64,000 bases of DNA from the human T2T-CHM13v2.0 reference genome, Homo sapiens. Below the pieces are notes generated by a model. It searched no databases, was not told where the DNA came from, and saw nothing but the letters and a program-made list of their open reading frames with translations. The stretch lies in assembly GCF_009914755.1 (NCBI RefSeq), contig NC_060940.1; one strand, given 5' to 3'. Of this stretch, positions 24,124 through 39,465 are shown piece after piece. How positions within the stretch are numbered: the stretch's first letter is position 1; each line of letters opens with the position of its first letter. The position numbers and the translations under genes are program-made.

Positions 24124-24508
24124 TTTTCCAAAGTCTGACGGCAGACTAAAAACAGCAACTGAATTCAGCAACTCCAGGGTTCCAGTTTGTTACTCAATAG
24201 CCAATTAATTGTTATTAATGTATACTACGATATAAGTATATCCTTATGACACAGTTGATAAACGAACTTGATACAAGGGGAAAACAATCTATATTTTTTA
24301 AATTAACATTTACAGAGTCAGGAGAGTTCAGAAAAACAGCAATTCAAAAGTGTCATCCTGAACAGATGGTTGCACTCTACATGCTATCTCTGAAGGAGAT
24401 TTTTTTCAAAGTAAATAGAAACAAATGTTTTGGTGCATTGTGTACCAAAATACATATCTTACGAGAACCATTTTCCAGGATGAGATGAGTTTCTTATTAA
24501 TCACGTTT
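24124..24508 (-). pseudogene. Cluster of three fossil exons (~24508-24463, 24389-24314, 24224-24124)
   Basis: Donors CTC|GTAAGA, TCT|GTAAAT, AAA|GTAATT; acceptors ctccttcAG, tatcgtAG; give KKL..HPGKW, LLNCCF..SPDS and SVAVFSLPSDFGK with frameshifts. Confidence 0.55.
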
Positions 24509-26998
24509 TTATGACAAAGACAAAAACTGATTTTGGAGCTAGTTTAAGACATTCACTGTTACTTTATGATTAAATTACTATTAATAGATAATATGTTTAG
24601 TTACTTCTAAGATATTTAACACATTTCATTTTAAATCTGCCCATTCTGTCCTCTTGTCCCCTCCTCCACCCCTATTTAGTTTCCAACAACCTTAAGCCAA
24701 AAAGGGAGTTTGTCTCTCTTTAAAATATTCCTTTAACATCCAATAAAATATGAATGTCTTTAAGGAACAATACACATTGTTCTTTCATTAACTCATTTCT
24801 TCAATAAACATATTTCAAGGATCAACACTGTGAAAGGGAAAAGTACTTATGAGCCCCAATTCTGTCACTGATAATATGACATTAAAGACATCTCATAACT
24901 ATTCCTTGCCTAAGTCAGCCATTATAATATTTGACCTGCCCACCTGACAAACCCTTGTATGAATGCTCATTCATTCATTCATTCAGCAAATATTCACTGA
25001 GCCCCTACTCTGTGCTGCTCACTGGCATGGTGCTGCAGATCTGGTAGTAAACAAAACAGACATGAGCCTGACTTCATGATTTCAGTCTATGAGAATTAAC
25101 AAAAGGGAACAAAAACAAAAGGTTCTATTTGAACAGGAAGAGTCAGAGAAAGACATTCTAACTTGGAGACTTGAGGATGTAGCCTCCTTTTACCCAAGCT
25201 ACTGGTAAGTAGAGAAATGGTATAGATTACAAGAGAAAAACGTAATTAAATGTGCAAAAACACCTCATCACTGCTTCATATCTATGTTGGCTCAAAATAT
25301 GAGCTAAAAATACAATCCAGAAGTTTCTTCCTTCCTCTAGGTGTGCTTTTTCCCCCTACAATAGCTCATAGTGACTTTTTTTTTTGAAGGGAGGTATTAT
25401 GCTATAAATGTAAAGACATTACTTTAAACACAAATGCACAAACAAAAGCAGCACTCTAAACAACACAGGAAAATGTGACATCTTCTCTAGTCCAGTATTT
25501 CCCCAAATATGGTATGTAGACCACTGAAAGACATGAAATCATTTTAGGTGGTACATAAAGCTTTCTTAATAGTTATGTGTTTATTTTAATGTGTATCAGA
25601 AATAAAATATACTCTGAATATAAAAAACATTATTTCACTGATATTTGGGCTTAGTATGAGGCTGAAGTAGGTAGCACTGTAATCGTTTCCTTTACGTAGC
25701 CCACATGAATTACAGGGGCAGGGCTCAGGCGTGCCTATGAATGTTTTCAGCCTTCTGCCATAATTTTAGAGCATAAGTGCTATTAGTACAAGTATACTAG
25801 CAATTGAATCTCACATCCTGTTCCATGTGTATTGCTGCAATCTTGTCTAGGATAAGCCATTTGTTACTGTAAATAACAATAGTTCCAGAAACGGACTTGG
25901 GAAAGGACTCACTGGCTCAGTTTAGGTCATGTGTCCATTAAAGCAACATTGTGGCCAGTGGGATGAGGTTCTTAAATAGGCCAGGCCTCAGCTTTGTTGC
26001 CCCTTCTGCAATCTGGGGTTGGGGGTAACCCTACCTGAACCATACGGATAAACAATAGAGGAGATGTGGTTCCACAAAAGAAAACAGAGGGACTGCTCCA
26101 CATTTGTATAATGAGGATAGTATCTCTTAAATCATAGTACTGAGGTGAGGACTAAATGAAATAAAGTATATATTGCCTGATGGATACAATGAGTGGCCCA
26201 AAATAAGTGCTCAACAAATGGTGGTACTAGGAGTAATAATAATTTTTATTATAGTTTGTAAATAGGATGATTTTTGTTGTTGTTATAGTAGTAATTTTCT
26301 AAAACAGTTTTAGGGTCATATTTGTTATCTTAATTATTTTTTCAGCCTACAAATGAAGGATAATTATTTGAATATAATCTTTGCAGAGCCATTATGTAAA
26401 GGTGGCACTTCCTCCAATTATATCCTTAATTTGTTTATTATCTCCATGCCTAATCAAGGTACTCTGAATTACCACAATAAAATTTTCTATATCTCACCAA
26501 ACAGCTTTTTGCTTCGCTCTTAAGTGACACATAGTTTAATCATGACATAATCTTATTTAAATAATTACTGAACCAATAGTGTTAATAATACATTTGCAAC
26601 AATAAGTTGCAATATATTTTTCATAGAATCCATATGATTTTGTGAGTTAATTTAGTATAAAACTTACATGAGTTTCAAAATTAAAAGTGGTGATATTAAA
26701 AAAACAATAATATTAGCAGGAACTTAGTAATGTTGCTAGAATCTTTATTTTTTAAAAGTACATAATGTGGTCAGAAAGAAGAGTTAAAACAAACATAAAG
26801 ACTAAAACATAACAAAATAAAATCATTTCTCCCCCTTTGGATCAAGAATATTACTGTGTGTATCCTTTAAATAACACAGTTAGTTGAAGATTTATGATAG
26901 ACTAGCATAAATTCAAAAGTTAACCAAAATATTTATAGTAAAACGATATATGAATAACATATATTTGCTTCATAATATTATGAGTAAAGATTATCATC

Positions 26999-27313
<315 letters not shown>

Positions 27314-27329
27314 TCATCTATTAAGATTA

Positions 27330-27747
<418 letters not shown>

Positions 27748-28111
27748 TTATTTTACCTTCATTTGTGTAAAACTTAACAGAACTCAAGAGAAATAAGACA
27801 AAGGTAAGTGAAATATTGTCTAAATATCATAAATTAAAAATATTCTAGAATAGTCATAGAGGAATTAAAATCCTAGGACTAAGTGAGGTAATAACTTCTG
27901 ATATTAAAAAATATAAAAGTGATTGCCAAAAGAAACAAAGAATTGAGTTTACCTTAAAGTTAAATCCTATTCAGACTGTCAAATAAATTAAATGATATAT
28001 TAGCAGAAATGACCAAATTCCTATCTACACATAGCGAAGGCAGCTGAAAAAGCTCCCTGGGGACAAAGCCATTTCTGTTTGTGGCTTTTTTATGTTCCAG
28101 TGCTTCCTTAC

Positions 28112-28156
28112 ACTGAATCAGTTTCTTACAAAAACATCAAACACCAAAATGCATGT
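28112..28156 (-). pseudogene. Fossil exon TCILVFDVFVRN*FS
   Basis: Acceptor atatactatAG, donor AGT|GTAAGG; ILVFD corresponds to the WD-terminal IIVWD-like strand. Confidence 0.5.
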
Positions 28157-28968
28157 CTATAGTATATACTTTAGTAGAAATATAAATGCATGTGGCTTTC
28201 TACCAAAAACCTCAAATGAATTAAGACAGGCATTAGAGTTTTGCTTTTAGTAAAGAGAACTATGAGTTCCTTTTTCTTAGAATTTTTGCATCTATATTCA
28301 TGAGGAATATTAGTTTGTAATTTTCTTTTATTGTAATGTCTTTGTCTGGTTCTGGTATCAGGCTAATGCTGGCCTCATAGAATGAAGTCAGAAGTATTTC
28401 CTTCTCTTCAATTTTCCAGACAAGAAATGTTATTTTTTCTTCCTTAAAAGTTTAGTAAAATTCTCAGTGAAGCCACCTGGGCTTCACTGTCATTCTCTTC
28501 ATGGAAAGTTTTTAACTATAAATTCAATTTCTTTAATAAATATAGGATTATTCAGGCTATCTATTTCTTCTTGAGTAAGCTTTGTTAGTTTGAGTCTTTT
28601 AGAATGAATTTGTCCATTTAATCTAAATTGTTGAATTTATTGGCATAAAGTTGTTCAAAATATTCCCTCATCCCTATTAATATCAGTGTAATCTGTAGTG
28701 GCGTAACTTCTCTCATTATTGATATTGGTAATTTGTGTCCTATATATTTTCCTTTTCATTCTGGCTAGAGATTTAGCAGTTTTACTTATCTTCTTAAAAA
28801 GCAGTTTTTTATTTCATTGATTTCCCTCTACTGTTTTGTTTAATATTTCACTGATATCTGTTCTGAAACATTCTGGTATGTTATTATTTCCTCCCTTTTT
28901 CATACTTTGAGAGTTTAACTTACTCCTCCAGTCCTCCTCCTCCTTTTTTCTCCTTCCTTCTCTTTTCC

Positions 28969-29129
28969 TTTTTTTAAGTGATAGGGTCTCACTGTATTGC
29001 CCAGGCTGGACTGCAGTAGCTATTCACAGGCATGATCACACAGTGGCCTCAAACTACTGGGCTCAAGCGATCCTCCTTCCTGAGCCTCCTGAGTAGCTGA
29101 GATTATAGGCATGCAAGACTGCACCTAGC
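28969..29129 (-). mobile_element. FAM (fossil Alu monomer)
   Basis: Monomeric; retains the 7SL-derived CCTGTGAATAGC segment (plus GCTATTCACAGG) that dimeric Alus lack. Confidence 0.8.
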
Positions 29130-30342
29130 TTCTTCCAGTTTCTTAAAATGGAAAGTTAGGTTATTAATTTGAGACCTTTCTTTAATGCTATAAATTTTCC
29201 TGTAAGTACTGCTCTATCAGCATCCTGCAAATTTTAGTATATGTTCACTTTCATTTAGTTCAAATATTCTCTACATTATCTTTTGATTTCTTCTTTGATT
29301 ATGGTGACTAAGAAGTATGCTATTTAGTTTTTTAAAATTTGGAGATCTTCCGTACATCTTTCTGTTGCTTATTTCTCATTTAATACCATTGTGGTTAGAA
29401 AACATACTTTGTATGGCTTTAATTTTTAAATGTGTAAAAATGTGTTTTATGGTCTAGAATATATGCTTGAAAAGAACATGTATTCTGTCCCTCGTGAGTA
29501 AGGTGTTTTATAAATGTCATTGAGGGAAGTCTAGTTGATAGTGGTTTTCAAGTCATTTATATTTTTACTAATTTTCCATTTATTTATTTTATGAATCACT
29601 GGGAAAGCAGTGTTGATCATTCCAACTATAAATGTGTATTTCTCCTTTAATTTCTGTCCGTTTTTGTTGTATACATTTTGAGTCTGTGTAATTAGGTGCA
29701 TAAATGTTTTGAATTATTATTTCTTCTTGATGAATTTCTCCTTCCATCATTATGAAATTACATTCTTCATCCTTGGTGATAGTCTTTGCTGTGAAATTTA
29801 CTTTCTCTGATATTAGCCACTCCAGCTTTCTTTTGATAAGTGTTAGCATGGTATATCTTTTTTTGTCTTTCTACTTTTAAACTCAACTCTGTTTCTTGTA
29901 GACAGCATATATTTTTTATTGTTTTTTATTCAATCTGATAATATCTGCCTTTTAATCAGAGTGTTTATCCCATGTACATTTAAGGTTAACCATTGATATG
30001 GTTAAATAAGTCTAACATCATGCTATTCATTTTCTATTTGTTCTATTATTTTATCTCTTCTCTTTTTCAGCATACTTTTGGATTATTTTTATTATTCCAC
30101 TTTATCTCCTTTGTTTATTATCTATAACTTTTGTTTTGCTATTTTAGTAGTTGCTTTAGGGTTTATAGTATACATCTTTAACCTATCACAGTGTAACTTC
30201 AAGTGATACTGGTTTATATAGAAGATCCCTAAATTATATACTTCCATTTCTCCCCCCTACTTTTTTTGTCATATATTTACTTATGCTGTAAACTCCATTT
30301 TGTCATATATTTTACTTATAATATTCACTCCACGGCACATTA

Positions 30343-30428
30343 TATGGTTGGTGCAAAAGTAATTGCAGCTTTTACTATTAAAAGTAATGGCAAAACCTAA
30401 AAATCGAAATTGCTTTTGCACAACCTAA
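30343..30428. mobile_element. MADE1 (Hsmar1-derived MITE)
   Basis: GGTTGGTGCAAAAGTAATTGC...TTTTGCACAACCTAA palindrome flanked by TA. Confidence 0.9.
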
Positions 30429-30902
30429 TATTATTTGTTGTCTTTTAAAGAGGTTTAAATAAGAAACGTAGTTGTCATTTCTGGTGTTCTTTATTTCTTT
30501 CTGTAGGTACCTATTTCCACTGGTGCTATTTTACTTCTGCCTGAAAGACTTTCTTTAGAATTTCTAGGAGTACAGGTCTACTGCTGATAAATAATTCTGT
30601 CTTCTATGTGTGAAAAAGTGATTATTTTGTCTAGATTTTTGAGAGAGATTTTCTCTGGGTATATAATTCTAGGTTGAAAGTATTTTTCTTTTGGTATTTT
30701 TCAGATATTGATCCAGTCTTATCATTTGTAGCATTTCCAAAGAGAAATTGGTTTTAATCCTTATCTTTTTTCTCTGTACATAATGCATCCTTATTCCATA
30801 GCTGTTTGTAAGATTTACTCTTTATCATTGGTTTTGAGCAGTTTCATTATAATGAGACTTAGTGTAGTTTTCTTCAAATTTCTTGTGATTGGGGTTCACC
30901 AT

Positions 30903-31260
30903 TGATATGGTTTGGCTCTGTGTCCCCACCCAAATATCACCTTGAATTATAATAATCCCCACATGTCATGGGAGGGACCTGGTGAGAAGTAATTGAATCA
31001 TGGGGGTGGGTCTTTCCCACGCTGTTCTCATGATAGTAAGTTTCATGAGATCTGATAGTTTTATAAAGGGGAGTTCCCCTGCACAAGTTGTCTCTTGCCT
31101 GCTGCCATGTAAGATGTGACTTTGCTCCTCATTTACCTTCTGCCATGATTGTGAGGCCTCCACAGCCATGTGGAACTGTGAGTCAATTAAACCTCTTTCC
31201 TTTATAAATTAACTAGTCTCAGGTATGTCTTTATTAGCAGCATGAGAACAGACTAATGCA
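30903..31260 (+). mobile_element. THE1 (MaLR) solo LTR
   Basis: TGATATGGTTTGGCT...GACTAATGCA; 5-bp TSD ACCAT on both sides. Confidence 0.93.
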
Positions 31261-32842
31261 ACCATGATCCTTGGATCTATGGATTTGTAGTTTTCATCAA
31301 AATTCAAAATTTTTATTATTTCTTTATTGACTCTTATTTTTTTCCTGATTTCCCTTTGGGAACTCTAATTATACATACATTAGCTGGCTTAAAGTTGTCC
31401 CTCACTGCTCTTTATTTTTAAACAGCTTTATTGAGATGTAATTCACATACCATGAAATTCATTCACTTAAAGTGTACATGTTAATGGTTTTTAGCATATT
31501 CAGAAAATTATGCAACCATCACTACTACATAATTTTAGAATGTTTTTATCACTGAGAAATCCCATACTCATATTTCATTAGTTTTCCATGGATACCACAA
31601 CAAATTACTGCAAACTTAGTGGCTAAAGCAATACAAATGTATTATCTTGGACTTCTAGAGTCAGGAGTCTGAAATGGTCCCACTGGGCAAATACCAAAGT
31701 GTCTGCAAGGCTGCATTCCTTTCTGGAGGCTATAGAGAAAGACTCATTTCCTTGCCTTTCCTAGTTTCTAGAAGGCACCCACATTTCTGGGCTGATGACC
31801 CCCACTTCCTCCATCTGCAAAGCCAGGAACACTGTATCTAATTATTAACATTTTTCTCTCTGACAAATCCTGGGAGAAGTTCTCTAGTTTTTAACAATTC
31901 ATGTGATTAAATATTCAAGTGGATAATTCAAGATAATCTTTTCATCTCAAGGCCTGTACACCTGATCACATCTGTAAAGTTCTTTTTGTCATGTAAGGTA
32001 ACATATTCACAGGTTCTAGAAATAAAATGTGGACATCTTCTGCCTACCACACCCACTAGCAGAAACTCCCTCATCCTCCCCCTTTCCCACTCTAGGCAAC
32101 CACTAATCCACTTTGTTTTTATAGATTTGCCTATTCTGGACATTTTATATAAATGGAATTATATAATACCTAGTCTTTTGTGCCTGGTTTCTTTCACTTA
32201 GCATAATGTTCTCAAGGTTTATCTATGTTGTAGTATGTATCAGCACTTCATTTCTTTTGGATAATATTTCATTGTATGGATATGCCACATTTTATTCATC
32301 AATTCATCAACTGATGGACATTTGGGTTGTTTCTACTTTTTGGCTTATGAATAATGCTGCTAAGAAGATTAAGTTTTTATGTGGACATATGTTTTCATTT
32401 TTATTGGGTATACAATTAGAAGTGGAATTGTTGTACTGTAAGGTATATTTAATTTTTTGAGGAACTATCAAACTGTTTTCCAGTTTGCTGGTAGGCAGTA
32501 TCATTTTACATTCCTAGCAGCAATTGATGAGGGTTCCAGTTTCTCCACATCCTCAATAGAACTTAAAATTGTCTTCTTTTTTATTATAGCCATTCCAGTA
32601 AGTGTAAATTGGTATTTCACTGTGGTCTTGGTTTGCATTTCCTTACTAAGAATGTTGAGCATCTTTATATGTCATTACTAGCTATATGTATATCTTCTTT
32701 GGGGAAATGTCTGTCTATTCAGACCCTTTGTCCATTTTTAAATTGAGCTATTTATCTTTTTATTATTGAGTTATAAGAGTTATTTATATATTCTGGATAC
32801 AGGTCCCTTAACAGGCATATAATTTAAAAATATTTTCTCCCA

Positions 32843-33472
32843 ATAGGAACACTTTTACACTGTTGGTGGGAGTGTAAATTAGTTCAACCATTGTGGAAGA
32901 CAGTGTGGCGATTCCTCAAGGATCTAGAACTAGAAATACCATTTGACCCAGCAATCCCATTACTGGGTATATACCCAAAGGATTATAAATCATGCTACTA
33001 TGAAGACACATTCACACATATGTTTATTGTGGCACTATTCACAATAGCAAAGACTTGGAACCAACCCAAATGTCCATCAATGATAGACTGGATTAAGAAA
33101 ATGTGGCACATATACACCATAGAATACTATGCAGCCATAAAAAAGATGAGTTCATGTCCTTTGCGGGGACATGGATGAAGCTGGAAACCATCATTCTGAG
33201 CAAACTATCACAAGGACAGAAAACCAAACACCACGTGTTCTCACTCATAGGTGGGAATTGAATGAGTACCCTTGGACACAGGGCGGGGAACATCACACAC
33301 TGGGGCCTGTCAGGGGGTGGGGAGCTGGGGGAGGGATAGCATTAGGAGAAATACCTAATGTAAGTGATGAGTTGATGGGTGCAGTAAACCAACATGGTTT
33401 ACATGTATACCTATGTAACAAACCTGCACGTTGTGCACATGTACCCTAGAACTTATAGTATAGTAAAAAAAA
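32843..33472 (+). mobile_element. 5'-truncated L1PA (approx. PA5-7) inserted into an older antisense L1M
   Basis: ORF2 C-terminus plus 3'UTR; flanking repeat TTTCTCCCA on both sides. Confidence 0.9.
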
Positions 33473-34226
33473 TTTCTCCCATCTGTGGGTTGTCTTTTTA
33501 CTTTCTTGATGGTGTCCTCTAAAGCATGAAGATTTTAACTTTGATGAAGTCCAACTTACCTATTTTTCTTTTGTCACTTGTACTTATTGCGTTGTATCTA
33601 AGAAACCAATTGCCCCAATAACAGGAAGATTTATTCCTATGGTTTCTTATGAGATTTTTTTTTTTTTTTAGTTTTAGCTCTTAAATTTAGGTCTATGATC
33701 AATTTCGAGATATAATAATTTCAGCATTTGGTGTGAGGTAGAGGTTCGATTGATTCCTTAAAATGTAGGAATCTAGACTATTTTTTTCTCTGTCTGATTG
33801 TCTTGATATCCTTGTCAAAAATCAATTGACCATAAAAGTAAGGATTTCTTTCTGGACTCTTAATTCCATGCCATTGATCTATACATGTCTCTAAATAGCT
33901 TTCCTTGTGCCAGTATTACACTGGCTTCATTACTTTAGCTTCACAGTACATTTTAAAATCAGGAAGTGTGAGTCCTTAACTTTGTTCTTCTTTTTCAGTA
34001 TTGTTTTGTCCATTCTGAGTCCCTTACAGTTTCACATGAATTTTAAGATCAGCCTGATAATTTTTTTAAAGCCAGCTGAGATTTGATAGAAATTGCACTG
34101 AATCTGTAGATCAACTTGTGGAGTATTGCTTTCTTAACATTATTAGTTAAGTCTTCTAACCCATTAACATGAGATGTCTTTCCAATTATTTGGATCCTCT
34201 TTAATTTATGTCAACAATATTTTGTA

Positions 34227-34526
34227 GTTTTTTTTTTTTGTTTTTGAGGCAGGGTCTTCTCTGTTACACAGGCTGGAGTGCAGTGACATGATCAGGAGTC
34301 ACTTAGCCTTGACCTCCCTGGCTCATGTAGTCCTCCTACCTCAATCTTCCCAAGTAGCTGGTACTATAGGCATGTGCTACCACTCCTGGCTAATTTTTTA
34401 ATTTTTTTGTAGAGACAGGGTCTCAACATGTTGCTCAGGCTGGTCTCAACTCTTAGGCTCAAGCAATCCTCCCACCTCAGCCTCCCAAAGTGCTGGGATT
34501 CAGGTGTGAGCCACTGCAGCTGGCCA
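34227..34526 (-). mobile_element. AluJ
   Basis: Diverged dimeric Alu with GGCTCAAGCAATCCTCC. Confidence 0.9.
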
Positions 34527-35255
34527 AATTTTATAGTTTTGAATGTATTAGTCTTGCATTTCTTTTTCTAACTACTTTTTAAATTGATGAAAATTATATA
34601 AATTTATGGTGTACAACATGATGTTTTAAAACACATATATATCGTGGAATGGCGAAATCAAGCTAATTAACATGCATTACCTCACATACTTCCCATTTTT
34701 AGTGTGATGAGCACACTTAAAATCTACTATCTTAGCCATTTTCAAGTATACAATACATTGTTACCAACTATAGTCATCATGTTGGACACTAGCTCTCTTA
34801 TATAAAAAGGATACACTAAGATCAAGTGAGATTTATCCCAGGAATACAAAGTTGGTTTAATATCTGAAAATCAATGTAATATGCTATCTTAATAGAAAAA
34901 AGAACAAAAACCACATGATCATTTCAACTGATGCAGAAAAAGAACTGTTGGATTTTGTGAAATGCCTTTTCTGCATCATTTGACCAAATCCCACTTGATC
35001 ATTGTGTATCCCTTTTATACATGGCTGGATTTGGTTTTCTAATATTTTGTTCAAAAATTTGCATCTATATTCATGAGGAATACGGGCTTTAAGTTTTCTT
35101 ATGATGTCATTGTCTGATTTTGGTTTTCTGGTGACATAGATTAAGTTGGGAAGTGTTTCTTCCTGTTCTATATTTTGAGAGTTTGAGAAAGATTAAAATT
35201 GATTTTTCCCAATTTTTTATTGTGGTAAAATACATATAGCATAAAATTTATTATC

Positions 35256-35557
35256 TTTTTTTTTTTTTTTTTTGAGACGGAGTCTCACTCTGTCGCCCAG
35301 GCTGGAGTGCAGTGACGCAATCTCGGCTCACTGCAAGCTCCACCTCCTGGATTCACGCCATTCTCCTGCCTCAGCTCTGGAGTAGCTGGGACTATAGGCG
35401 CCCGCCACCACGCCCAGCTAATTTTTTTTTCGTATTTTTAGTAGAGACGGGGTTTCACCATGCTAGCCAGGATGGTCTTGATCTCCTGACCTCGTGATCC
35501 ACCCGTCTCGGCCTCCCAAAGTGCTGGGATTACAGGCGTGAGTCACCGCACCTGGCC
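35256..35557 (-). mobile_element. AluY
   Basis: Poly-T and Y diagnostics; inserted in an L1M 3' end. Confidence 0.93.
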
Positions 35558-38500
35558 AACAATTTTTAAGTGTATAGTTCAGTGTATTAAATGCATTCAT
35601 AATGTTGAGCAATCATCATCACCATCAGATCATCTCTTTCCATCTTGTAACACTGAAACTCTATACCCATTAAACAATAACTGCCCACTGCCCATTCCCC
35701 CCTCTCCCTGGCTCCTGGCAACCACCATTCTCCTCTCTGTCCCTGTGATTTTGCTCTGTGATTCTGACTACTCTATTTACCTCATATAGTGTAATCAGAT
35801 AATTTGTCCTTTTGTGACTAGCTTATTTAATTTACCATAATGTCCTCAAGGTTCATCCATATTGTAGCATATGTAAGAATTTCATTCCTGTTTAAGGCTA
35901 AATAATATTCCATTCAATGTATATACCACATTGTGCTTATCCATTCATCCATCAATGGATACTTGAGTTGCTTCCACGTTTTAGCTATTGTGAACAATGC
36001 TACTATGATCATGGGTGTATAAACATCTCTTTAAGGCCCTTTCCATTCTTTTAGGTCTATGTTGAGAAACTGAATTGCTGGATCATATGTTAATCCTATT
36101 TTTAATTGTTTATGAAACTGTCATACTGTTTTCCACAGTAGCTGTACCATTTTACATTCCCATCAAGAGTATATAAGGTTCCAATTATTTCCCAACCTCA
36201 GCAATACTCGTTATTTTGTTTTTCTTTTAATAGTAGCCATCTTTATGAATGTGAAGGTGGTATTTCACTGCAGTTCTTATTTGCATATCCCCAGTGAGTA
36301 GTGATGTCGAGCATCTTTTCATGTGTTTATTGGCCATTTGTATATCTTCTTTGAAGAAATACCTATTTAAGTCTTTTGTCCATTTTTAATCAGGTTGCCT
36401 TCTTGTTGAGTTTTAGGAGTTCTCTACATATTCTGGATATTAATGCCTTATGAGATATATGATTTGAAAATATTTTCTCCCATTTTATGGGGTGCCTTTT
36501 TACTCTGTTGATATTCTTTTGATGAACAATTTTCTTAAAAAAATTGGGTTTTTTAAAATTGTTTTTTAAAAAATTAAGAGATCCCATTTGTCTATTTTTT
36601 GTTTTGTAGCCTGAGACTTTGGTGTCATATCCAAGAAAACATAGTTACATCCAACATCATGAAGGTTTGCCCTGCTTTCTTGTAAGAGTTTTACATTTTT
36701 AGATCTTAAATTTAGGCCTTTGATTCGTTTTGAGTTAATTTTTGTATGGTGTTAGATAAAGGTCCAACTTCATTCTTTTTCATGTAAATATCCAGTTTTC
36801 CCAGCACCATTTGCTGAAAAGAATTTTTTTTCCCTATTAAATAGTCTTGGCATTCTTGTCAAAAATCATTTGACCATATATATGAGGACTTATTCTTGGG
36901 CTCCCTTTTCTCTTCCATTGTCTATATGGCTGTCCTGATACCAGTACCACACTGTTTTGGTCACTGTAACTTTGGCGTAAGTTTTGAAATCAGGAAGTGT
37001 GAATTCTTCAGCTTTGTTCTTTTTCAAGATTGTTTTGGCTAATCAGGGTTCCTTGAGATTCCATATGAATTTTAGGATGAGTTTTTCTATTTCTGTAAAA
37101 ATTGTCATTAGGATTTTGATAGGGATTCCATCAAATCTGTAGATCTTTTAAGCAGCATTGACATCTTAACAATATTAAATCTGCAACTGATTCTCTGAAT
37201 GTTTGGAGGAATTCACCAGTGAAGCCTTTTGGGTTTGAGCTTCTCTCTGTGGAAAATTTTTTATTACTAATTCAATCTCTTTATTTGTTATAAGTCTATT
37301 CAGATCTTTTATTTCTTGAGTCAGTTTTAGTTGTTTATTCATTTCATCTAAGCTAATTTTTGGCATTCAATTATTCATTTATAATCTTTTTATTTTGCTA
37401 AGGTTAGTTTTACAGTTTTACTAATGTTAAGTTCATAATAATGTTATGACATTTAATGTTTTAATTATGTAATGTCATGACATTTAATGACAATTAATGT
37501 TTTACTAATATTAAGGTTAGTAGTAATGTTTCCTCTTTCATTTTAGGTTTAGTAATTTAAATTTTCTCTTTTATTTCCCCCTGGTCAGAAAAGCTAAAAG
37601 TTTATCTATTTTGTTGACCGTTTTGAAGAACCAACTTTTAGTTTCATTAATTTTATCTACTGTTTTTCCATTCTGTATTTCACTTATTTCCTCTCTAATC
37701 TTATTATTTCCATCATCTGCTTACTTTGGGCTTAGTTTGCTCTTCACTTTAAGTTTTCTATGATGAAGATTAGAATATGGACTATTTTTTTCTTATTTAA
37801 TATAGGCATTTACAGCTATATATAATATAATATTAATATAGGTATTTATAGCCACTGCTTTAGCTGAATTCTACTGGTTTTGGCATGTTGTATTTATATT
37901 TTCACTTATTTCATTGTATTTTCTAATTTCTCCTGTCATATCTTCCTCAGTCCATTGATTATTTAGGAGTGTGTTATTTTTTATATATTTGTGAATTTCC
38001 CAAATTTCCTTCTGTTATTAGTTTTTAATTTAATCTCATTGTGGTAAGAGATACACTTTGTTGATTTCAATCCTTTTAAATTTATTGAGGCTTATTTTGT
38101 GCCCTAGCATTGGTCTAGCCTGGAGAGTATTTCATGTCAGCTTGAGAAGAATGTATATTCCACTGCTGTCAGGTGGAGAGTTCTATAGATGTCCGCTAGG
38201 CCTAGTTGACTTATATATTGTTCAAGTTTTCTATTTCCTTTTTAATCTCCTATATAGTTATGCTATCCATGATTGAGAGTGGGATACAGAAGTCTATTAT
38301 TATTGAATTATTTTTCCCTTCAATTCTGTCAGTTTTTGCTTCATATATCTTGGGACTCTGTTGTTATGTGCATATACGTTTACAATTATTATATGTCCAA
38401 CTGTTATATCTTCCTTTTATCATTATAAAATGTCCCTCTTTGTCTTTAGTAACAATTTGTGTCTCAAAACACAAAACAATTTGTGTTTTGTCTGATATTA

Positions 38501-39465
38501 GTATAGCTCCCTTACCTCTTTTGGTTACTGTTTGCATGGTTCTTTTTTCCTCATCCTTCTAGTTTCAACAGATTTGTATCTCTGAATCTAAAGTGTGCTC
38601 TTGTAGACAGCTTATAGTTGTATTATTTTTTAATACATTCTGCAAATCTCTGCCTTTTACTTTGCATATTTAATCCATTTACATTTAATGTAATTACTGG
38701 TATAATTTATGTCTGCCTAATTTAAAATTTTCTTTTTTCTCTGTGTATTCATTCTGGATAGTTTGTATTTCTATGCCATCAGGGTCATTAATCTTTTTTT
38801 CTTTAATATCTAATGTGCTATTGACCCCAGCTAGTTTATTTTTTATCTCAGATATTACAGTTTTTATCTCTAGATATTTAATTTGGGCCTCTTTTAAAAA
38901 ATATATTTGAAGTCTCTACTCACAGATATAATGCAGTTATAACTTCTAATATCTTTGTCTTCTAATTCCAACATCTGCATCAGTTTTTAGATGGATGGAT
39001 TACCTTTCTTAATGTGGGTCAGATTTTCTTGGTTTTCTGCATGCCCAGAAATATTTATTTGGATCCAGTCACTATGAATGTTGCCTTTTTGGCTGCTGGA
39101 TATTTTCATATTTTTAAAAAATATTCTTGGGTTTTGTTTCAGGACATGGTTAAATTCCTTGGAAATAATTTGATCATTTTGAATCTTGCTTGTGAGGCAA
39201 GACCAATGTATAATAACATTTAGTCTAGAACTAATTATTCCCCACTACTGTAGCAAGACCCTTTTGAGCACTCTCTCCAATACTTTATAAATTAGGAGAT
39301 GTTCGGGTCTGGCTGACATAAATAGGCACTATTATTAGACCTGTGTAAGTGCTGTCACTGTTCCCCCTAACTCTCTTTGATGGTTATTTCCCCAGTCTTT
39401 AACAGTTTCCTCATATGCATGTGCCAATTATTAATTGGAATACTCAAAAGATTCTCTGCAGATCT

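Larger units (their letters stand above)
28260..39460 (-). mobile_element. Nested block of antisense L1M fragments with FAM, MADE1, THE1, MLT1 (~31570-32040), L1PA and Alu insertions
   Basis: T-rich antisense L1 sequence; the ORF track shows L1 endonuclease and C-terminal fragments on the minus strand. Confidence 0.8.

Noticed and set aside
25265-26520. Possible further fossil exons near 25360-25265 and 26520-26350 (EYL..GDNK)
   Set aside because: The position fits, but splice sites and motif match are too weak to list as features.
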